60,000 bases of DNA from positions 27,902,001 to 27,962,000 of the forward strand of contig NC_087245.1 of NCBI RefSeq assembly GCF_037042905.1, in the 5' to 3' direction. Made by a program: the position numbers and the translations under genes. Below the pieces are notes generated by a model. It had not been told where the DNA came from. It searched no databases and worked only from the letters and a program-made list of their open reading frames with translations. Below, one piece after another: positions 41,501 through 56,500 of the stretch. Numbering within the stretch: position 1 is the first letter of the stretch; every line of letters begins with the position of its first letter. This DNA is from Lytechinus pictus. Taxonomy: Eukaryota.

Positions 41501-44500
41501 TGTGCGCAATATAAATACCCTATATTATTGCATTGAGACTAGTGACATTGAATTTCAAAATTTGAAAATGCCAAGTGTACATGTATGCAATATCACCTTT
41601 CACATTTTTATTTTTCCTTTGATAGTCTGTTGTAGGATAATATTATAATTATAAAATTCAATTGTGCATGTTGTAATTCCTTCTCCATCTGATACAGGAA
41701 ATCTGGAAATTATTGTTGATATCCATGTGAAAGTAAATAGCATTATTTAGAAAGACAAAAAGTGACTAACATAGTTTTCTTTATCTTTCAAGCGTAATGA
41801 ACAGCCCAGGTAAACAGGAACATTCATATAGAAGATTTACTTTTGACTGTTCATAATTTTAGCACAAACTTAAATTGTGACTTCAGTTTCAAGGCATATG
41901 TCAATATGGCCTTTGGTCTTTTTCTTCTTGTTGCGTAGGTGGTATCGCATTGCTAGGTGATAGTAGGGTGCAGCATGACTTCACAGCAATCCGCATCAAC
42001 GGAAGCGCACATCTCGCTTTCATGGGAAATGATACGGTCGTCAATGCAGGCAACATCTATGGAGATGATACGGGTCATATCCATGTTGGTCCAACTCAGA
42101 CGTTGAACATCACAGATGTGAGTTCATGTGTGATTTTTAATGGACTAAGTGTATATTAATTGACAAGGAGCAATACATATTAGTTGACGATGAAAAATCA
42201 AATAAACTTTGATACTTACTTACCTACAGAAACAATTTTATTTGTCATTCATAAATTAAGATGTATGTGGACTTATGTTTACTTGTGCATGTATCTTTTT
42301 TTTCAAAGCTATCTGACAGCATTAATCATTGTAAATATTTGATTTAAATGTAGGTAATCAATATGTTTGAAGAATTCATATTCTTCTTTTGAGAAAGAAA
42401 AAAATGTTTATCATGAACGAAAATGATTGATCATATTCTAATCAATGGCATGTATTTCAGACTTGGGCATACAAGTACCAAAAAGTAAACTGGGCCCCTG
42501 TTATATACGAGAAGGCCACACTGGCACTCCCAGAGGCTACTGTGGAAGTACGACAGCCTTTTGACTGGAAAACACTCTCTGTGAACAGGCCGTATCCATG
42601 CCCAGTTAGCAATCTCCGAGAGTCTGGGGTAACAATCTGGGGAACTCTGGAAGGAAGAAAAGCACACCTCCTTGTTGGAACAGGTATTTGTAGAGATAAA
42701 GGGAATAATATGGAAACTTTTAAGAATGAAAAAGAAAATAGAGAGAGGGAAGAATAGAGAGGGAGAAGAAGAGAATGGGGCAAAGAGGAGGATGGAGGAG
42801 AGGAGAGGTGGAGGGAGAGAGAGAGAGAGTGAGAGAGAAAGGATGTAAGCCATTGTATTTGTTTTCTAGGTCCCTCTCTTCAAATCATTTGCCCACTGCT
42901 TGCATAGGTATAATTACAAGCCTTCTTATTGATAATGATAATATTCTCCTTTCATATAGCACTAAATTCATCGAAACAACGTCTCTAAGCATTTTACAGA
43001 TAACACTAGAGAGCACAAACTTACAAAGAACTAATCATAACCATAATTATGGAGGCCAGAGAAGAATGTAGGAAAAAAGAATCGAGCAACACTGCATTTA
43101 CTTGAGCAAACTTATTGAAGCTTGAGACATTCTTCTTGGATAGAAAGGATAAATATGTTTCCTAAATTTGTTCTGTCATCAGGTTGTCAACTTCGTATGG
43201 CTGTTCCAAGCCACAGTGAGCTAGAATTTGCTGCCCTCACAGTTCAAGATGGAGGTGTTTTCCAAGTGGACAGTCTCTACAATATGACCCAGGACGCATG
43301 GAATATCAAGGTAATAACAATACCAAGTATTGAGCACATGAGGGTATATGAACATAGCAACTGCACTATTAGATTGATAAATGGGTTTATTTCTGTCAGG
43401 GATATGCTCCGCTGAAACAGACTGGCTCAGCGGTATGTGTACAGTAGGAGGAGGACAAAGAAATTCAGAAAATGTGAAAAAAAAATCTTTGAAACAGTAG
43501 ATATATCAGTCTACTGCACTGTATAAATGGACCTATAATCATGATGATGAATAAGGAAGTGTAAAACTAAAAACTTGATTTTTTCATCTCCATAAATAGA
43601 GCAAAATTTATTTCAATCCTTAGATTGAATTTTCTCTCTATAGTAATGACATCAGGGCCCCATTGCATAAAATATATTGCATGACACCTAGATATATCCT
43701 TGTTATTTGATTGGTTGTTTGATATTGATCATTCAGCCCATTTTACAATGATGTCATATACCGTGCAATTTTGGATCCATATGATTTTGTCTATTGCATG
43801 CGCGCATCCAGACAGCAGGCAACACAAAACCACTCGTGTTTGAATTATGACCGAGCTCGCACTGCATGACCATATTTTGCATCAAAATTCATAAATTTCA
43901 TATGAAAAAGAATCAATTTTTAGGTGTCATATGATATAAACCAAATAATGAATGTTCTTTTCAGTTTTTCAATGGACAGAATACTTCATTTGGTGAAAGA
44001 TGAAATGAATGATCCATTCGACTTGGTTACGCCTCGTTGAATGGATCATTTCATCTTTCACCTCATGAAGTATTCTGTCCATTGCACTCATGAACATTCA
44101 TTATTTGTATACCATAGCAACTTTGCCTTAGTTCCCAATGGTACAGTGTATCTTTCATGGAATCCCTTATTTTGATCGCTCGTAAAGATGAGCATCATTA
44201 CCATGAATTGCATGGCAAAGTTAATATGTTAGTTACTCTAATGCAATTATAGGACCCTGGACCCTTTTTTCAGGTCCATCAACAGAAAATTAATAAATAT
44301 CTCTCTTTTTTTCACACATCAAAAAATGTATTTCTTCTCAAAATTTAAGAATACATGTAAGCAATAAGTCAATGTAAATCTTGTATATTCCTATATTAGG
44401 CAAAAAAACATTTTATTCTTATTTTTAGGGGCTACTTTTCATAACTTAGCACCTAAATGTGCAACGTTGGATAAGCTTTAACAATGCAATGGGATAAATG

Positions 44501-47500
44501 GAGATTTTCCAGGGTTCTTTTTGAGTTTCCATGGGTCCTTTCTGAAGGATTTCAGGGGCTAAATTGCCCTGAGCCCCCATTTAATTTTTCCTGATATGCA
44601 CCTCACCAAACATCAGAGTCGCCTCTTTCATGCGGGCATCACACAAGTATCCTATTATTTATAATCCTAACATTCATCATAGTTAGACCATGTGGGAAAG
44701 CTACTCTGAAAGATGCATACGTAGGTATATATGGCCCTTCAAATCCTGCCATAGTGGGGCATTATTTTATCCCGTATATTGAAAACATGGCTTGTTTAGA
44801 AGTATATTGAGCACCAATTTGACCGCCCTCCCTCTAAACAGGTATGGCCTTTTGAGGGTGAGTGCCATGCATGCAAGACCGGAACTGTTACCATAGAAGG
44901 TGGAGGTATATTGACTGCAAGGGCATTGACCTTGGACACCTACTCACTGGTTGTGGATTCCCAGGGCACTGTGACTGCAAGTGGACAAGGCTTGATAGAT
45001 GGTCCTGGTTACCATGGTGATGATACCAGTGGAGCGGGGCATGGAGGAATAGGAGGCAGAGGGTCGGGTCAAGGTCTGTATCCTGGAAATAAGTACATTA
45101 TCATGATAATGATAAGAATAAACCTCAATTTTAAAACATTTATTTATTCATTCATTCAGTTATTATTGAATTTGATTGTCATTCTGATGATACTACATTG
45201 TAACATTTGTGCTAATAAGTTTGAAAGCTATTTTTCTTTCATTTCATTATTTGAAATTTCTCACGTTTTTTTGTTTAATCCAAAATAATTGTGATCTCAT
45301 TCCAAGTGTGATATGTGTAAGTGTTGTCATATAAATAATTTTAAGGTAGAAGCTAGGTAGTAAATATGATCCAAATATATTTTTTGATAATTTGTTTCCC
45401 TTGTAGAAGCTCATGTTGGAGTCACATATGGATCAGTGAGACAACCTGCAGACTTTGGAAGTGGAACGGGTGGTAGTAATGGAGCAGGTAATGATGGGGA
45501 ACAAACCAAATTTTAGATATTATGATAAAAGTCACCTTTTGAGAGGATATTGTTAGGTTTGTTTTCTTGAGGGTGGTGTAGCAATCTTTCAAAATTTGTG
45601 TTCATCTGTGATGTGTGTAATATTCACTTTAATGTTTGTTCAAGAGATCCCCTTGGAATGCCTGCCTGAAATCAACAAAATAGTTTTTACTGAATTTATT
45701 TCGACCCCCCCCCCCCACAAAAAAAACCACCTAGAAACTGGTATTGGTGTCAAGAGATGTAATCACTGCAATGATAACAAATGGAATAAAATCTTCCAAA
45801 GGTCACATGCATCTTACCCAACACTTTCAGCTGGTATTTGTAATATTTTTTTTTAGTTTGAGGGTATTTGAAGCATCACAATCATGTGCTCTTTGAATTC
45901 ATTTGTAATATCTTATCTAGATATGAAAATAATAAGATTAAGGCAGCTCATAATGATTATTTCCATCTTCCCCACAACTTTTATTTATCTTTAAAGGAGG
46001 TGGAGTGCTTCGTTTTATAGTTGAGACAGTATTAGAGGTGGAAGGAACTTTACGTGCTGATGGCAATGGAGCTGCAGGAGGACCTGGATGTAGTGGTGGA
46101 TCTATTTGGATTACGTGTCAAGAACTGAAAGGCTCCGGCATCATTATGGTAACTAGTCTTATTATTGCAAGTAGATTTTCAATTGTAATGGTGATCTCTG
46201 TGATTTCTAGTTCCCCATCACTTCAAACATGATGGTGAATGATGGTGATGGTGATAGTGATGATGATGATGATGATGAATGCTTGCTATGGATGACAAGT
46301 GATGAAGAAGATGATTATTATTGTAATGATGATACCAATCAAACTATCGCTGATGATAAGGATGATCGAAATATTGATAAGGATGATTAAAATGTTCACG
46401 ATAAGGTCGATCGAAATGTTCATTATATAGATAATAAAAATTTGATAATAAGTATCATCAAATGTTGATGATAATGGTAATCTCATGTTGATGATAAAGA
46501 TAATCAAATGTTGATGATGATCATATGCTAATGATGAGAGTGATCAAAATATTGATGATGATTAATTTACTTTCAGGTTAATGGTGGGCAAGGTTGGAGT
46601 TCTTCCTTAGGAGGCGGTGGTGGAGGACGTTTAGCTGTCTACTACAAGACCCTTGATTGGTGGTTTGGGGAGTTCCAGGCATACGGTGGATCAGCAAGTA
46701 ATCAAAGAAATGGTGGTGCTGGAACTGTGTATCTAGAGGTATATATTCTTATGCCCCTGCAGACAAAGTCCGGAGGGGGGCATTAAGCGTTGCCTTTGTC
46801 CGTCCTTCCGTCCGTCCCCCCACTTAGTTTCCGCGCAATAACTCAGAAGATATTTAATGAATTTAAAAAAAAATCTGTGTGTAGGTAGATGACACAAAAA
46901 TACAGGCTAAGTTCGAATTCAGAGTCTGCAGGTCAAAGGTCACAGCTCGTGAAATATGCGAGTTGGTTTCCTCGCAATAACTCAAAAAATATTTAATGAA
47001 TTTAAAAAAAATTTGGTGTGTAGGTAGATGACACCGAAATACAGGCTTAGTTCGAAATTCGGAGTCCGCAGGTCAAAGGTCACAGCTCATCATATATGCG
47101 AGTTGGTTCAAAGGTCTAAATTTGTTCATTATATATATACATTTATTGGTTTCTGCACGATATTAAGTTCAATCATATTGAATGAATTTCTGATCGCATT
47201 AAGCAGAGGCATCTGTGTCCTTTGGAAACATCAAATTTCTTTTTTCTTTTCTTTTCTTTTCCTCTTTTGAGGTACTTTATTTCATAAAATCAAATAACAA
47301 TAATATTCACATGTATACAAAACTAATCAACAGGTGTAGAAAAAAAATGAGTACATTCAGATGCAGAAAGGGTAAGAATTTATATCTAGAACAGAAACAT
47401 ATCAAGTTCTTCTAATACTTGATTCTTATTTTTGTATTTCCACTTAACAATATCTGAAATCACTTTAAATACCATCCAAATTGACTGACTATTAAACAAT

Positions 47501-50500
47501 TTATTCCTGAATTAATTTTACATAATACCTTGTAAACTGCATATTGCGAATAAACTAATGATACTGTAGGTTAATCAAATTAAATTTGGATTCACTGATG
47601 TTAAAACCAATTACAATAACCTTTTCTTCTGAATAAGTGTCCTTTTGAAACAAATCTTACGACAATTCATGAACCCTTTTCCAAAAATCAGCTACTTGGT
47701 GACATTTTAACAAAATGTGAGTAGATGATTCAGGTTTGTTACAAAATGAGCAAATAATATTTGACGAGATTTTCTTTGAAAATGCAAAATATTGTGCAGT
47801 AATTTGAAATTGAACTGTCTTACTTTATTATCTCTAATATTTTTCAACTTAAAATCTAATATGTGCTTCCATGTTGGCAGTTGACAACTTTCCTTCCACC
47901 ACCATCTAGATGTATAGCAATAACGATTGGCAAATTTTCTTCAACTTCTTTATAACCATAGTAAATACAGTCTAACCGGTCTTATTGGCCACCTGTCCAA
48001 TGTTTACACCTGTCTCCAGTGGCCACCAAAATTGTTTCCCATTTTAAAGTTATGTGTATTATATAACCTGTCTATAATGGCCATCTGCCCCTATTGGCCA
48101 CTTTTTTCTGTTTCTCTTGGTGGCCTTACTAGATAGGTTTGACCGTAATTTAATTATTTAGGCACAAGTTTTTAGCAGCAAATTTGATGAACGTTTTTCA
48201 CACCGCCATTCTTGCGTTCCCAGTTAATTTATGTATGCAGAAATGGAAGGATTCAAATATAAAAGATGCTGCTGAGCAGGGATTCTCCTGAAAGACATAA
48301 CTTATATTTTTGTTTTGGGGCCTTTCATATACATGTAGAATCAATTATTTGTCTGATTCTTCTCTAAATGATGACGTTTGGTACATTGATGTTCAGCATC
48401 CAATGTTTTGGAGAAATTATGATTGATTGTTTGAAACATCTTGTAATTAAACATTTATGAAAATCAAGACTAAATTTTCCTAGAGAAATTTAAATTTCTC
48501 TAGGAAATGTTCATAGTATTAACATTTGTTTGAATCCTTTCTTCCAGCATACACTCTGCTACATTATATTACATACATGTATGTCGTTATATTCTGTTCC
48601 CCAGGTTGAGTTTGGTCATTTACTCCATCATAAAAGTTTTAAAGCACTTTTAAACTGTTTGACCTGAGAATGATGGCTCAATGGTAGAGTGCCCGCCTCA
48701 TCAAGAGGAGGTCGTTTGTTGGATTTCCAGCCAAGTCATGCCAAAGACTTTTAACAAATTGGACGATTTGTCTTCTTGCCAGGCCATTGGCTGTTTAGAG
48801 TTGAGAAGGTCTATGACTAGAAATAATATATCTATGTTAATATATTTATGTTATTTAGGGCCTGATGGAAGATATGCTTGTGGCTAGAGTGGTAAACATT
48901 GGTAAAGAAGGACCTTTTTTATCATTATTCCCATATTTTCATATGTGTAATGCAAGGTTATAAGTGTTGTAGCACGATCATGAATCGAACCAATGTACAT
49001 GGTATTCCCAGATCAGTGCTTACCATTCGGTAAGACACCTCTGTATGCACATCAATTAAGTTTTTGATCCAGTTTCATGTTTTTTTTGTGTGTTCAGGAT
49101 CAATCTATTGGCAGGCAAAACCAGACTCTGTACATGAACAACAATGGTCAGCTCCCTCCTTCCGAGGTCATCGCGTCTTATGACTTGGTCTCGTTAGATT
49201 CCTCTCGCACATGGCTCTCAGACCACGACTCCAATATGACCTTTGACATTGATACTCTTACCTTGATTGGCAGTTCTCACATGGCTCTTGATCCAAGCAT
49301 CCATCAGTATGTTTTACAAAATATAGCCCTACATTTTTGGAAGTATACTGATTGAAGCATTGTTATCTGAATTTGATAAGTTTGTAGTGACTGTGCTATT
49401 TGTGTTATATTTGAGGACTCAGAATGGGACATCAGAGATATTCCATTAGTTATAGCCACAAATGGTAGATGAGTGTAACATCTCTTATATTCCATGAAAT
49501 AAAACCATCCAATAGTTTTGTTATTATCTATCCCCCCAAAAAACTGATTAATATAATTATGTTACTTATCACACCCAGTCAATATGGGGCCCCACTTCAT
49601 CATTTCATTTTCATTATTTTGATCACAATAATGCTCCTTACATTTACATCCTACATACATGTAGCTCTTCATAACATCATTAAGTATTATTTGGGATTAA
49701 ATTGATTGTGTGCCTTGTCCATTGCCACAGGGGCACATTTGTGCATTCACGGAGACCATGGAATACTGCACTACATTTTACTATCTTGAAATCATATTAT
49801 TTTCATTCAGATTTCAAGCAAAAATATTAGTCGGTGACCAGGAATCATACCTGCATGTTGGGCCAGGCCAAGTCTTTATCATATCAGTTCCAGAATGGGA
49901 AGAGCTTGAGGCTAACATCCATGTTTACGAAGGGGGTATCCTGCTGCTGCCACCGGAAGTCACATGTTACAATATTGACATCATTGTGAGGTATCTAAAT
50001 CAGATCTTTGATTGCAACAAATCATGTATTTTTGTGTCAGATACAATAGACTAATAGGACAGTTGGTATAGCAGGGGTTTTGGATTCCGGTGACATGGAG
50101 TCAATTCCCCCATTGTGCGTTAATGCCCTTTGGAAAGGCATTTTATCCTCATTACCAGGTCCCACAAATAGGACCTGAAGCCTTCAAACCTCTGGTTACT
50201 TGCTTACAAATATTCATGCTTTCTTAGCAATGAGAAAAAATCACCACCACCTTAATATGTCATAGAGAATTTGAAGGCTAGATTACATGTAGTTTCACAA
50301 TTGTTTTTGGCTAGGATATAAATTCAAAGAACTATAAACCTGTCTCAATTAAACTGTTGTCATTATCTTTCATTTAGTAAGCATTGATTATGTAGTAAAA
50401 TTTGTGTTAAAAACTGTGCTTTATTTTGTAATTCCCAACTTCTTTGCATAGCTATTATGTAACAATCGTCTTTATAAGAGCCTGTTGGCAGGTATGTGTA

Positions 50501-53500
50501 TAAAATTATGTCATTTGACAAATAGCATTGATAAAGTAAATTGCATGCTTGCAATTTTCTTTTTTTTTATTAATCAGGGGAACCATTAGTACCCATGCAA
50601 TGACAGTGGGTAAGGGTTGTCGTCTGCTCCTCTCGACAACGGGAACATCCAGTCTCCTCTCTACCTCTCTAGCCGTTGCCCATGGCAGCCTGGCAGGCCA
50701 TTACCGCTTTGACTCCCTGACCATTACAGATGGTGGTGAAGTCACCATGACCGAGGATGTCCCTTTGGTCAATCGCAGTTTTGAGCTTACTGTGGACAAA
50801 CTTCATATTCAGGGTGGAGGTCATATGCATGAGGTTGCCATGGTGATAAATGCTAATCAAGTTATAATAGATGACCTAGGTCATCTGACTGGTGATGTCC
50901 ATGGTTCGGACTGTGATCCAATTGAAGGTGATGGTCTGCCAGCCGTTGTAGTCAACAGAGGTGCATCAGGTAATAGCCAGATCCACAGAGGTTTAAATTG
51001 TTGCTCTAATTGGCTTACAGTTGTACTCAAGTCCCAGGGTAGGGAATCAATATTTCAATCAGTTGTCCTCATGAAACTAAATACATTACACCACTCTCAC
51101 TTTTCCGAACCTCTTTGGCCCGAATTCACATAGGTGGTTTTGAAAACCCACGGTTGAGTCCATGGTTTATGCAGATTTCCTGTATAAATTACGCTTATTT
51201 TACTGCGTATATTAAAAAATGCCAATGCTGATGCGCGCTTTTGTCACAGGGCGTCAAATTGACACCTGTTGTCGTAGTTATCCATGCTATTTTATTCATG
51301 AGTCCACTTTTTTTATTCATGAGTCAACTCTTCAAACAGTGGACTCATTAATAAAATTACGTATCATACCATGGTGACAGGCGTCAATTTCGCGCACTGT
51401 GAAAAAAGTGCGCATCAGCATTAGACATTTTTTATACACGCACCCGATACATGCTAAATTAAGCGTAATTTATACAGGGATTTTGCATAAACCATGGATT
51501 CAACCGTGGGTTTAAAAAACCACGTTTGTGAATTCGGGTCTTTAAGTTCCACTTATCTGTGTACACTGATTGGCCTATTCTCCACACATGGTCCTGTTGA
51601 TCCCTTTAGGATGTTTATGATTATATTACTTGGTTATCTATTATTGAACTGGATGAATATCCAGTGGTTTTAAAGGTTATTTATTGCTTTGTATGTGCCA
51701 CAATAGAGTATGTCATGGATTTATATTTCTTTATCACTTCTATTATAGTTGGAATATTGGTGGTAGAATCAGAAGTATTAAAAGAAGTAGAATCAGTATC
51801 ACTTAATCCAGATCAATTAATTGCGACAAACTAATTCATCTGAAAGGATTTACGGTTGATTTATCTCTTGTATTAATTACATAAGGATAAAACTTTTCAG
51901 TATTTGAAGAGCTGGAAGTGGATGTTTTCTTTGATTTGATCAATTAGGTGCTGGACATGGAGGTAGAGGTGGGCGTGGCTCAAACCAACCAATCACAGGT
52001 GCAGCCTTTGGTCACGTGTACGAGCCTTCCAGCTTGGGTTGTACAGGAGGGGGCGCGGGTGGCGGCGACGGAGGAGGACATTTGGTTCTTCATGTGAATG
52101 ACACCTTAAAGATAGATGGAACGATAAGTGTGAATGGAGCTGATGGATGGAGAAATGCTGGGGGAGGTGGGAGTGGAGGGTCTATTGAGGTACACACAAG
52201 ACTAATGCAGGTAAACTCCCTCACTTAGGTTTTTTTTTCTCAATTTGTATCACAAGCATTAAATTTTAGACCAGCTTAGCTGGGGTAATATACATGTAGA
52301 AGTGCCTTGAGCAGCTATACAATTACAAGCCATCTGTATTATTTTGTGTATGTATGTAAATAATACCAATCAAATCGCAATAAAAGTGATTGGTTAACAT
52401 TGGTTTGACTTTTAAAAAATCTGAGCTAGAAGGTCACACTTGTCACCTGTGTCTGTGATATGTTACAAAAATGAAGCCCTGAAAAAATTGTGTTCGAAAA
52501 TAATTATTTAGTGCTTCAAAAATTGAAATATAAAGTGACCGAAAACACCATCTTAATTTCATCCCATACACTTATGTGTACTATTTAGGCGTCTATAAGA
52601 CGCCTATTTACAAAATCGGGGTTTGCCTTGTAGTTTTAGCTTTTCATTCTCAATAATGGTTGTTTTCAGGGTTTATTAGTTCTAATACATGCACTTGTAC
52701 ACATGTTTCATCTTGGTTTGAGAATTTTTCAAATCGGCTGCTCACAAAGTTAAACAATACCTTTAAAGCAACAATGCCACAGCCACCTGACATGGAATCA
52801 GATGCAGCCCAAACTTCTCAATTTGTTTACTACCTACATGTAGAATGCAACATTTTGATCATTTGATCTTATGATATGCCCATAATAATAGTGATATTCA
52901 CACCCATGCCACAAATATGTTACCAAGTAACACTTGGATCACCGTTTGCTTCCAAACATTCCTGTTTTTTTTATAAAGTTCAAATTAACTAAATCTTAAT
53001 TCATTTGTTTTCCCTTTTTTTTCACAAGAATTGTGCTTTTCTTCAGTGTACGATAGTCCTTGGAGAAATGTGATTTAAATTAAATTACTTTGACATTCTG
53101 ACATGTAGATGAGGAGCTAAATGTAGAGGTATCCCACCATTTATGACAATTGAATGTTTGACCACAGTTTGCCTTCTCTACACTGTCAGTTATCTTGATT
53201 GTATAATTTTTTTCCTAATGTTTGATGAGAAAATTGACAAACGTTGAATTGTGGAATCTATTCGCACTTTGCTGTGTTGTATATGACATTACAGGGCTAT
53301 GGCACGGTCTCAGCTAATGGAGGAAACGGACACACATATTCAACTAGCTACCAAGGTGGAGGGGGCGCTGCTGGACGAATTGCTGTTTATTTCTCATTGA
53401 ACAGGACGTTCTCTGGTTCCTTTGAGGCACATGGCGGTTTATCAGGTGGTCCTCGTGCAGGCCATGGTGGGCCTGGAACCATGTTCTTTTACCATACAGG

Positions 53501-56500
53501 TTAGTTGATTACCAGTGTCCCTCAGAGTGAATCTTAATAATTTGATGCTTTCATTTAATAAGAATATTAAATCTAGCATTCAGAATATTAACATTATCTT
53601 AACAAAGGAAATCTGAATCACAAAATTATGATACTGATAGACTTCCTCACTGAGATAATTTTTTTTCTGTAAAATATATTGTTTGCAGTGTGAAGATATT
53701 ACATCTTAAAATGATATTGTGCATATTTCAGAATTTAATCACCGCACTTTGATTGTGGATAACCATGGGAATGACCCATACAACGATGCCATCAGTAGCT
53801 ATGCAGATGTAACAAGGGACTCTGGACGAGCTTGGATCCTACCTTCATCTGGGAATCATGAGTTTTCAGGTAGGTCGATTGATGGCAAAAATACTACTCT
53901 ACCACACTTCATACATGGTATCATATTAATACCCTGGCTGTAGGATTTGAACCCATGACCCTATGGTTGAAAAGGGAGAGTCAGTACCACTACACTATGC
54001 AACCCCTTATGACTCTTGTAGTTCCATTCATTTGTTACATGTACATGCAGGTCTTTTTTATATGAGCCATTTGTGATTTTATGTGTTTATAAGTTTTTTC
54101 CTAGTTTAATACTACAATGAAAATACAGAAAAAAGTACATAATAAATCATTATAAACTATTTTTCAAGAAAAATTATACATGTACAACGTTATCATGACT
54201 AAATATATTGTTGGAACAATTGAATTTTTGTTTGTTTTGGTATTTTGTCTAGGCAATGATAATTATCACTTTGAGGAGTTCCAGCTCCATGGCAATGCTC
54301 ATCTGGCGGTGTTGGCAGAACCGTGGAATGAAACGGCAAGCTTCTACTTCGAGAACATGATTGGAGATCGCTCAGGGACCCTTCATGTTGGGCCCCAGCA
54401 GACCATGGACCTCTATCGCTCTCAGATAGACCTTCCATTCAACGTTCATGTCTATCAAGATGGTGTCCTTGGCCTTGCTAATCACACCATTGTACATGGT
54501 GTCACTATCACCATGGAAGGCACTCTTGTGTTTGTGGAAAACCTTACCTTGCATCATGGTGGTCGCTTCAACTTGAGGAGAGGTGGTCGTACAGCAGTTG
54601 CAGCGGAGATTGGACATTACGAATTTGATACTGTTCATGTTCAGGATGATGGATATATCCAGATGACCTCTGACCCTGTGGATGACCCAGGAATGACCTT
54701 TCGGGTCAGAGCTCTCCAAGTGGATGGTGGAGGTGTGGTTGAAGGCACGCATCTATATGTGCATGCTGAGAACATCACCATTGATGCAGGAGGGTTACTG
54801 ACTACAAATGGTCAGGGATACTCGGTGGAGAACGGCATGCCGTTGTATCCTAATGGAACATTCAGGAGGGGACTGCATGGAATCATCAATTATGGTCAAG
54901 GATATCTGCAAGGAAGTTATTCTTCTGGTGCTGGTCACGGGGGTAGTGGAGGCCATGGTCATGGTGGGTACCATTTGTCATTAGGGGTGGGGGATGGTCT
55001 ACTGGAAATGTAAAAGTAATTTATTATCATTAATATCAAGTGTTCAAATTTATGTTACATGTAATATAGCATTGTAAGTGGCATAATTTTATTAGAAAGG
55101 CACCTTTGATTAAAATGCATCCTTGTATTTCTTCAAATGTTTGTAGTTAGTAGAGTAGGCCCTATTATATGAGAAGATGCAAAAAGGTTTCATTCGATGT
55201 TTATGGAAGCAAGTAAATTGAGAACATTTGTTTTTATGAGATACTGACAAAGAAACAATTTGCTGAAAAATAATATGTATCTAAGATTTAAAGGTACATC
55301 ATTAAAATGCCTTTTTTATTTCATTCTTGTAGGTGGGAGACAGACTGGGAAGCCATACAGTGATTTATATGAGCCTGAAGAGTTTGGTAGTGCAGGAGGT
55401 GGTAGCTTAGGTGGTACAGGAGGAGGGCGTATCTGGTTCAATGTGACAGATACCATTCATATTGATGGCATTGTGTCTTCTAACGGTGCCTCTGGTGGTA
55501 CCAGAAGTGGTGGAGGAAGTGGAGGTAGTATCTGGATGCATTGTAACCTGATCAAAGGATATGGCTCAATTGAAACCAATGGTGGCCAGGGAGGGAGTTA
55601 CTCTGGTGGCGGAGCAGGCGGACGCATAGCGTTGTACTTTTGGCAGAATCGTACATCGACAGGATTCAAGTATGATTCCCATGGTGGTATAAGAGGTTCG
55701 GGAACCACTGAAGGTGGCGGACCCGGCACAGTCTTTCTGTATCACATGGAACATGACCATAGATCGCTCTATGTGGACAATGCTGGAATTGAACCCCAAG
55801 AAAAGCTGGTCGACTGGGAGAGGTTAGATGAAGATGGGTGCAGAGCATGGCTCCTGCCTCTGTCTGGTTTGCATCCTTTCGCTGGTTCAAACAATGAATT
55901 TCATTTCGAAGAACTCCAGATCTATGGCAATGCTCATGTAGCCATTTTAACACCTAATGAAACCAGGGATGCAGTGGGAATCTTCATGGACTCCAGTGCG
56001 GGTACTAATCCATTTGAAGCATCCAGTGGTTTGACCTTGTCAGTTTCATCAGCTCCTGTGATGCACTTTCTGTACATGATAGGAGATCGTACAGGATCTT
56101 TCCACATTGACAACATGCAGGAAATGGATTTTGACAGAGAAGACATCGATCTCCCTTTCAATGTGTACGTCTATCAGGGAGGGCATTTAGGACTTGCTAA
56201 TAGGACTGTAGTTCACGGTGTGGAGATATACAATGCTGGCACCATGTCCCATATCCAGAATCTTACCCTTCACCATGGTGGGTTCCTGTGGCTGATGCAT
56301 GGGGGACATACTGCAGGTGAACCAGAAAGTCATTACCAGTTTGAGGTTGTCAGGATTCAGGACAGTGCAGAGATTCATGCTGTCACAGACCCAATCTCAG
56401 AGCCGGGAATAACTTTCCTGACCGATGCCTTCTTTATTGAGGGTGGTGGTAGGATGCAAGGTACAAAGCTCACCATTCACGCCATCAACATCACTGTAGA

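Noticed and set aside
48670..48760. tRNA-like TGGCTCAATGGTAGAG A box
   Set aside because: No intact B box or cloverleaf; at most a decayed SINE head, not a tRNA
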